Positions 58,870-64,000 of a stretch of 64,000 nucleotides of DNA are shown piece after piece. The notes under the pieces are model-generated. The model saw only the letters and a list, made by a program, of their open reading frames with translations, was not told the DNA's origin and did not search any database. The position numbers were made by a program, and so were the translations under genes. Where the stretch lies: assembly GCA_034189385.1 (NCBI GenBank), contig JAXHVD010000023.1, positions 1 to 64,000 of the forward strand. The letters are read 5' to 3'. This DNA comes from Thermodesulfobacteriota bacterium. GTDB lineage: Bacteria; Desulfobacterota; Desulfobacteria; Desulfobacterales; C00003060. Position 1 is the first letter of the stretch. Each line of letters opens with the position of its first letter.

Positions 58870-60462
58870 TTACGGACTCTTTGTTTCCCGCACGATCTCT
58901 TCATATTCAGAATGCCCATGCAGATTTGTTAGATCCTCATCTATCATTGCCCACCTCCGGGCCGCCTCATCCACGGCGACCGTCTTCTTCAGGTAAGACA
59001 AACTTCGGCCCACATCCTTCTGCAGGGCATAAAGGCATGCCAAATTGTAGTAGGAGTCAACGTGGTTGGGCGTTATCTTAAGGGCTTTCTCGAGTGCCTT
59101 GCTGGCTGCGCCATAGTTCTTCTCTTTAATATAAATCACCCCAACATTGTTCAAAGCCGCAACAAGATTGGGGGAAATTTCCAGAGCAGCTTCGTACAAC
59201 TCCTTGGCCTCTTGGAGCAACCCCTTCTTCTGAAGGGCAAGTCCCCGGCTGTACAAGGCAGTGCCCTTTTCAGGATCCGCTTTCGTTGCCAGGCCCTGCT
59301 GGAGTTTTTGTCTCTCTTCTTTTTTCTCCTCTTCCTCATTGCGGACACGGGCGACCTGCCCTGTCTGTTTCTTCGTGGTCCCCGCACCTTGGGACTTCAC
59401 ATCCTTTTTATCGATGCTCGTTGCAGCCACCTTCACAGAATCAGCGCCACCAGAAGGCTTTCCTACTTCACGGGCAGGCACATTTTTAATTCCGGGGTCA
59501 GCTGACCGAACCTGTGGGGCCTCAAGTGCCTCGCCCCTTCCGGCAGGAGACTTTACATCATTCTTGTCCATGCTCGTTGCAGCCACCTTCACAGAATCAG
59601 CGCCATCAGAAGGCTTTCCTACTTCACGGGCAGGCACATTTTTAATTCCGGGGTCAGCTGACCGAACCTGTGGGGCCTCAAGTGCCTCGTCCCTTCCGGC
59701 AGGAGACTTTACATCATTCTTGTCCATGCTCGTTGCAGCCACCTTCACAGAATCAGCGCCATCAGAAGGCTTTCCTACTTCACGGGCAGGCACGTTTTTA
59801 ATTCGGCGCCGAACTGACGGAATCTGTGGGGCCTCAAATGCCTCGTCCCTTCCGGCAGGAGCGGGCCTCACGACACGATTTCCTTCGTCTGTCCCTATCT
59901 TTGCAAGGGCCCTGTAAGCATTATAGGTCAGATATTTGTCTTCACTAGCCAACAAGTGGTCTAACTGTGGAATGGTTTCTTGGTCGCCAATTTCCCCGAT
60001 GGCCCATATGATGGGATACTTTTCTGTCTCCTGCTCCAGCAATTCTACTAGTGCCGGTAAGGCCTCCCTGCTCTTTGTCTTCCCCAGGACCTCAACGGCC
60101 GAATGGCGAATCTGGGGGTCTTTATGTTTCAGCTTTTCGATCAAGGCTGCCGCAGGGACCTCTGTCCTCTGTCCCAGCTCTGCCAGGGCATTGAGAAGGC
60201 TCAATGTGGCCTCTTTGGATTCCATTCCGTTGCGCAACAACGCCACCATAATGGTAACAGCCTTCTTTTCGTTATCTCTGCTCACAAGAGGGCCCATGAG
60301 GCTCAACGGGAAGCCCGGTCCTCTTGAGATCCTGTCAATGGCTTCTTTCTTCACGATGGCATTGGGACTTCGCAGATCAGCCAAGTCCCCTTCGGTAACG
60401 GTTGTGCAACTGGAAACCAATATGGACAGAATCAAGGCGAAAAAGACCGATGACAGTCTCAT
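58870..60462 (-). CDS. Lipoprotein with HEAT repeats, three 52-aa repeats and C-terminal TPRs; start probably ATG 60462
   Basis: Lipobox LVSSC; AVEVLG..ALPALVELL HEAT repeats; ALNNVGVIY and YYNLACLY TPRs. Confidence 0.85.
   Translation of the reverse strand: MRLSSVFFALILSILVSSCTTVTEGDLADLRSPNAIVKKEAIDRISRGPGFPLSLMGPLVSRDNEKKAVTIMVALLRNGMESKEATLSLLNALAELGQRTEVPAAALIEKLKHKDPQIRHSAVEVLGKTKSREALPALVELLEQETEKYPIIWAIGEIGDQETIPQLDHLLASEDKYLTYNAYRALAKIGTDEGNRVVRPAPAGRDEAFEAPQIPSVRRRIKNVPAREVGKPSDGADSVKVAATSMDKNDVKSPAGRDEALEAPQVRSADPGIKNVPAREVGKPSDGADSVKVAATSMDKNDVKSPAGRGEALEAPQVRSADPGIKNVPAREVGKPSGGADSVKVAATSIDKKDVKSQGAGTTKKQTGQVARVRNEEEEKKEERQKLQQGLATKADPEKGTALYSRGLALQKKGLLQEAKELYEAALEISPNLVAALNNVGVIYIKEKNYGAASKALEKALKITPNHVDSYYNLACLYALQKDVGRSLSYLKKTVAVDEAARRWAMIDEDLTNLHGHSEYEEIVRETKSP
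59393..59860. repeat. Tandem repeat, three near-identical 156-bp units, in frame
   Basis: ATGCTCGTTGCAGCCACC recurs at 59414, 59570 and 59726. Confidence 0.95.
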
Positions 60463-60481
60463 GACAGTTCCTCTTGGTTTC

Positions 60482-62587
60482 TCATGACCTTCTTGTGCTG
60501 GTAGATAGTTCACTGCCGTAATGGCCGCAATAGTACTGATGATAGAGGTGCTTTCCTTTTTCAACGGAACACCTGTTCAGGATAAAGCCCAAGGGCTTAA
60601 TGTGGGCCTTTGTCATAACATCTATTAATTCGCTGACGGCCCGACGCGTTGTCTTTTCACTTGCCAGTACGATGATGGAAGCATCCACATACTTGGCCAT
60701 CACCAAGGCGTCACTCTTGACGAAGAGGGGTGCTGAGTCTATGATCACCACTTCGAACCGGCTCTTCAGGTCTGGCATAAGCTGGCCCATTTTGCCTGAG
60801 TCAATCAGCGCCGCCGGATCATCAAAAGGGGGCCCACCAGGAATCATGCTCAAGCCTTCCACCTGAGTTGTTTGAATCGCCTTATCGACAGAGGCCTTGC
60901 CTTGCAGCAAATCGGTTATACCCACCTTGTTCGGCAGGTTCAAATAAGCGTGCAGATTTGGTCTTCGGAGATCCATATCAACAATCACCACCTTTTTCCC
61001 TTGACGGGCAAAAGAAATCCCCAGGTTCAGTACGGTGGTTGATTTTCCTTCTTCCGGGCCGGCAGAGGTGATCAGAAGGCTTCTTGAGGGTGTTCCGTTC
61101 ATGATTGGGTAGTTTCGTATACTTCGGTACGACTCAAAAAGGGGATCATTGGCGTCCTTGGCTGAAATCAAAGACAACGTCTTTGGCTTAAACTTAGGAA
61201 CCGTCCCCATTAAGACGATAGGCCTAAATTCCTTGATATCGTCGGCTGTTCTGACGGTGTCGTCCAGGTATTCCATGGTGAAGGCAAGGCCAATTCCAAA
61301 GATCAGCCCCAAAAAAAGGCCTAGTACCCCATTTAAGGTCTTGTTTGGGCTGACCGGAAAAAGGGGCCTTACTGCTGGTTCAACGACCCTGATTTCAGAC
61401 AGGGTGGCAGCTTCAGCCATCCCGATTTGATATAAGGAATCTAGAAGGGCGCTATAACTCTGGTGTGTCACATTGAGCTCCATGTCAAGGCCTGCCTGTT
61501 TATAGACCTTGCCGGGCAGTTCCCCAAAGGCCGTAAAATACTTGTCTATGTCTGCATTCACCCCTTTCAAGTGGGCTTCCAGTGAAGCGATCTTTCTCTG
61601 AAGTTCCGTCAAGGCCGGTGCAGAGGATCGATATATGTCTATTTCCTTCTCAAGTTCCGCCTCGGCCACCTTGATCTGTTCCCTGAGGGAAAGAACCTGG
61701 GGATGCCTCTCCGTCAGATTGGACCTGGCCTGGGTGAGCTGAAGACCAAGCTCTGTGAGCCTCTTCTTGAGAACTTCAATGTGTGGGTTTTCCTTCAGCG
61801 TAGAGGCTGAAAGAAACTCAGGACTCTGGGTGGCCAACTGTTCCTTTAATCGGCTGAGGCTTGCACGGGCTTCGTCCAAGTCAATAATATTGTCTTCTTT
61901 CTCTTTCATCAGTTCGGTCATCTTCTCAGCCGCCAGTTTTGTCTCGATTTCCAGGTCGAGGGTTTGCTCTTGCTTCTTGAAATCGGCCATCCTCTTGAGG
62001 GCTGCGTTGTAACGGTCTTTCACCTTATTCATCTGGTCTTCCAGAAAGACCCTTGCATTCCTGTATTCAGCTCGCACCTGGCTCTGATTTTGTTCGACCA
62101 TGATCTCAGCAAGGGTATTGGCCATCATCATCGCTTCCTGCGGATGGCGAGAAGCCCCCTTGATCTGCAAGACGTCTGTGCCTTGATACTGGCTGATGCT
62201 AATCCTTGGCATGGGGGAGAGCTTCCCTTTGATCGAAGAAATGGCCCCGGTCTGAGTCAGCTTATCGCCATGGATCAAACGGCCTTCTTCATCCCTCAAC
62301 TGCAGTCGAAAGATCATCTTCTCCATATACGGCCGGGAGGCGGCCAAGACCTTGTTAACGTCTACATCGCTGCTGGTGGTCAACATGGGAGAAAGGCTGG
62401 ATAAGCCGATATTTCCGAGCCCAATGTCGCCCTTCTTGGCCTTCATCATCAGGATCTTAGATGAGGCTTCGTACGATGGTGTCATCAAATAGCTCCCTGT
62501 CACGACGACAAGGGTCACCACCATCAGGGCCTGAAGGATGACCCACCTTCTTCTCCGAATAACCTCCCATATCCTTGCTAGTTCCAT
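60482..62587 (-). CDS. wzc: Polysaccharide co-polymerase / tyrosine autokinase (Wzc/GumC)
   Basis: Two TM segments, coiled coil, PVSP, TSAGPEEGKST, VDMDLRRP, IIDSAP, Tyr-rich tail. Confidence 0.92.
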   Translation of the reverse strand: MELARIWEVIRRRRWVILQALMVVTLVVVTGSYLMTPSYEASSKILMMKAKKGDIGLGNIGLSSLSPMLTTSSDVDVNKVLAASRPYMEKMIFRLQLRDEEGRLIHGDKLTQTGAISSIKGKLSPMPRISISQYQGTDVLQIKGASRHPQEAMMMANTLAEIMVEQNQSQVRAEYRNARVFLEDQMNKVKDRYNAALKRMADFKKQEQTLDLEIETKLAAEKMTELMKEKEDNIIDLDEARASLSRLKEQLATQSPEFLSASTLKENPHIEVLKKRLTELGLQLTQARSNLTERHPQVLSLREQIKVAEAELEKEIDIYRSSAPALTELQRKIASLEAHLKGVNADIDKYFTAFGELPGKVYKQAGLDMELNVTHQSYSALLDSLYQIGMAEAATLSEIRVVEPAVRPLFPVSPNKTLNGVLGLFLGLIFGIGLAFTMEYLDDTVRTADDIKEFRPIVLMGTVPKFKPKTLSLISAKDANDPLFESYRSIRNYPIMNGTPSRSLLITSAGPEEGKSTTVLNLGISFARQGKKVVIVDMDLRRPNLHAYLNLPNKVGITDLLQGKASVDKAIQTTQVEGLSMIPGGPPFDDPAALIDSGKMGQLMPDLKSRFEVVIIDSAPLFVKSDALVMAKYVDASIIVLASEKTTRRAVSELIDVMTKAHIKPLGFILNRCSVEKGKHLYHQYYCGHYGSELSTSTRRS

Positions 62588-62687
62588 GAATCCACTCCTA
62601 CCAGGTCTCAATGCCTCCTGCCCACTGAGGCCTCGGCTCTATGAGCCGGAGGCCCTCAGGGGTGGGGGGGGGTGGAAACTAGGTTCT

Positions 62688-63761
62688 CTATTCATCAACG
62701 TAAACGAATCTCGATTCTGCTCCCTCAAACACCTCTTTGGCAGCATCTCCCCAAACAATCGTTCGTGCCAAGGTGTAGAACGGCTGCAGGATGTGAGACA
62801 GTCGAACGGCAGCTCGCTCCACATCGGCAAACCTGCCGCTGGCCACGTAGACAATGTCCCCGCGCTCCAAAGAAATATTGGCCCCAAAGCCCATTTGCGT
62901 CGCGTTCACTTGCATGATCTCAGGCTCGCTTAAATTGCCGCGCATTACCAGTATGGCGCCTTTATTGGCATCCCGAGTGAAACCGCCCGCCTCGGCAATG
63001 GCCCCAAGGAGGGTCAGCCTGTCTCGGATTGGAATGGCCGACTGGGTGTTCACCTCTCCAAGGACAAAGACCTTTTGGTCTTTGTTGTTAGGGATGTAAA
63101 TGACGTCATGGGACAACAGGGGAATGTTTTCTTCAGTATTTCCCTTTTCGATCAGTTCCAAAAAGTTGACCAGCAAGATTTTCCCATCTCTCACGACATA
63201 GGCCCCACCAAGGTAGGCGTCTAAGGTGATACCACCGGCCGCGGAGATGGCCTCCAAAAGGCTGAAGTCGTTTTTCATACAGTATACGCCTGGACTCGTC
63301 ACCTGGCCTAAGACGAACACTTTGTGGCTCTGGTATTCGGTAATTCGCACAACGACTTTAGGGTCTTTGATAAAGCTCGCAAGCTCCTTTTGGATCTTGT
63401 CCCTGAGTTGAAACTGGGTCAATCCAGCAGCCTCAACGTCCTCAATGAGGTAGTATAAGATCTTCCCCAGAGGACTGATGGTTGTCTCCATCTTCAGCTC
63501 ATCGTGGCGAAAAACAGAGATTTCTACTGTATCGCCCGGTCCGAGGAGGTACTCGGAAGGTTGGCGATTCTTCAGTTTTTTCGCCATGGAGAGGTTTTGC
63601 TTGACCGTCTTGACGGGAGAACTCTCCATAGATGTTCTTGGGGGAGACGTTTCCTGCGTGGGGGAAGCGCTATTCAAAGACTGGCAGCCCCCTTGGCAAC
63701 ACCAAAGAATCAAAGAAAGAATCACAAATGACAAACGGCACGTCGACTTACAGTTCCACAT
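62688..63761 (-). CDS. wza: Polysaccharide export protein (Wza-like, SLBB repeats)
   Basis: YLLGPGDTVEISVF, VFVLGQV/VLGEV, LLEAISAAGG, GDIVYV. Confidence 0.9.
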   Translation of the reverse strand: MWNCKSTCRLSFVILSLILWCCQGGCQSLNSASPTQETSPPRTSMESSPVKTVKQNLSMAKKLKNRQPSEYLLGPGDTVEISVFRHDELKMETTISPLGKILYYLIEDVEAAGLTQFQLRDKIQKELASFIKDPKVVVRITEYQSHKVFVLGQVTSPGVYCMKNDFSLLEAISAAGGITLDAYLGGAYVVRDGKILLVNFLELIEKGNTEENIPLLSHDVIYIPNNKDQKVFVLGEVNTQSAIPIRDRLTLLGAIAEAGGFTRDANKGAILVMRGNLSEPEIMQVNATQMGFGANISLERGDIVYVASGRFADVERAAVRLSHILQPFYTLARTIVWGDAAKEVFEGAESRFVYVDE

Positions 63762-64000
63762 TTTTCCTTCTCTACGCGATCTTTGCCTGCACATCGGCAA
63801 AGGGCGGTCAGGCGTTAGGGCTTCCCTTATTTTCTAGTTTATTGATTTATACGACATTTTACTCGGTTTCAATTGTGATAACTACGGATTTTGTGGGTGA
63901 AAATAGCTTATTTTAATATAGGGAAACTACTAATGTAGAGGGCGCATCCAACAGCCTTGGTCACTAAGTGTTCTAATTTGCAGTGAAGATGACACATTGC

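Overview
This 64 kb window is chromosomal DNA from an anaerobic bacterium, most likely Desulfobacterota. That assignment is inferred from gene content and the tmRNA tag ADDYNYALAA. Housekeeping blocks are tolQRAB-pal-cpoB-ruvCAB, holB-ricT-metG, ptsH-ptsI, smpB-ssrA and the start of a wza-wzc exopolysaccharide locus. A nitrogen-control cluster (NifA-like activator, citrate synthase, amtB with a sigma54 promoter, P-II, glnD) lies next to two converging redox clusters. The first is hdrA-mvhDGA-tusA. The second, and the best candidate for an undescribed system, is a minus-strand operon: FMN glutamate-synthase-family protein, small ferredoxin, an AOR-family protein that has lost its catalytic and tungstopterin motifs, a BamC-like FeS protein and a double-FAD HdrA. 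Its leader carries an ANTAR dual hairpin overlapping a terminator, and a GAF-ANTAR gene sits directly upstream. Features missed by the ORF track are a 75-aa glutaredoxin-like selenoprotein with two in-frame UGA codons (47130-47357, minus strand), a lysine riboswitch before dapA, tmRNA and several MITEs. HPr carries a natural Asp at the Ser46 position. All family calls come from motif recognition by eye, with no database search.
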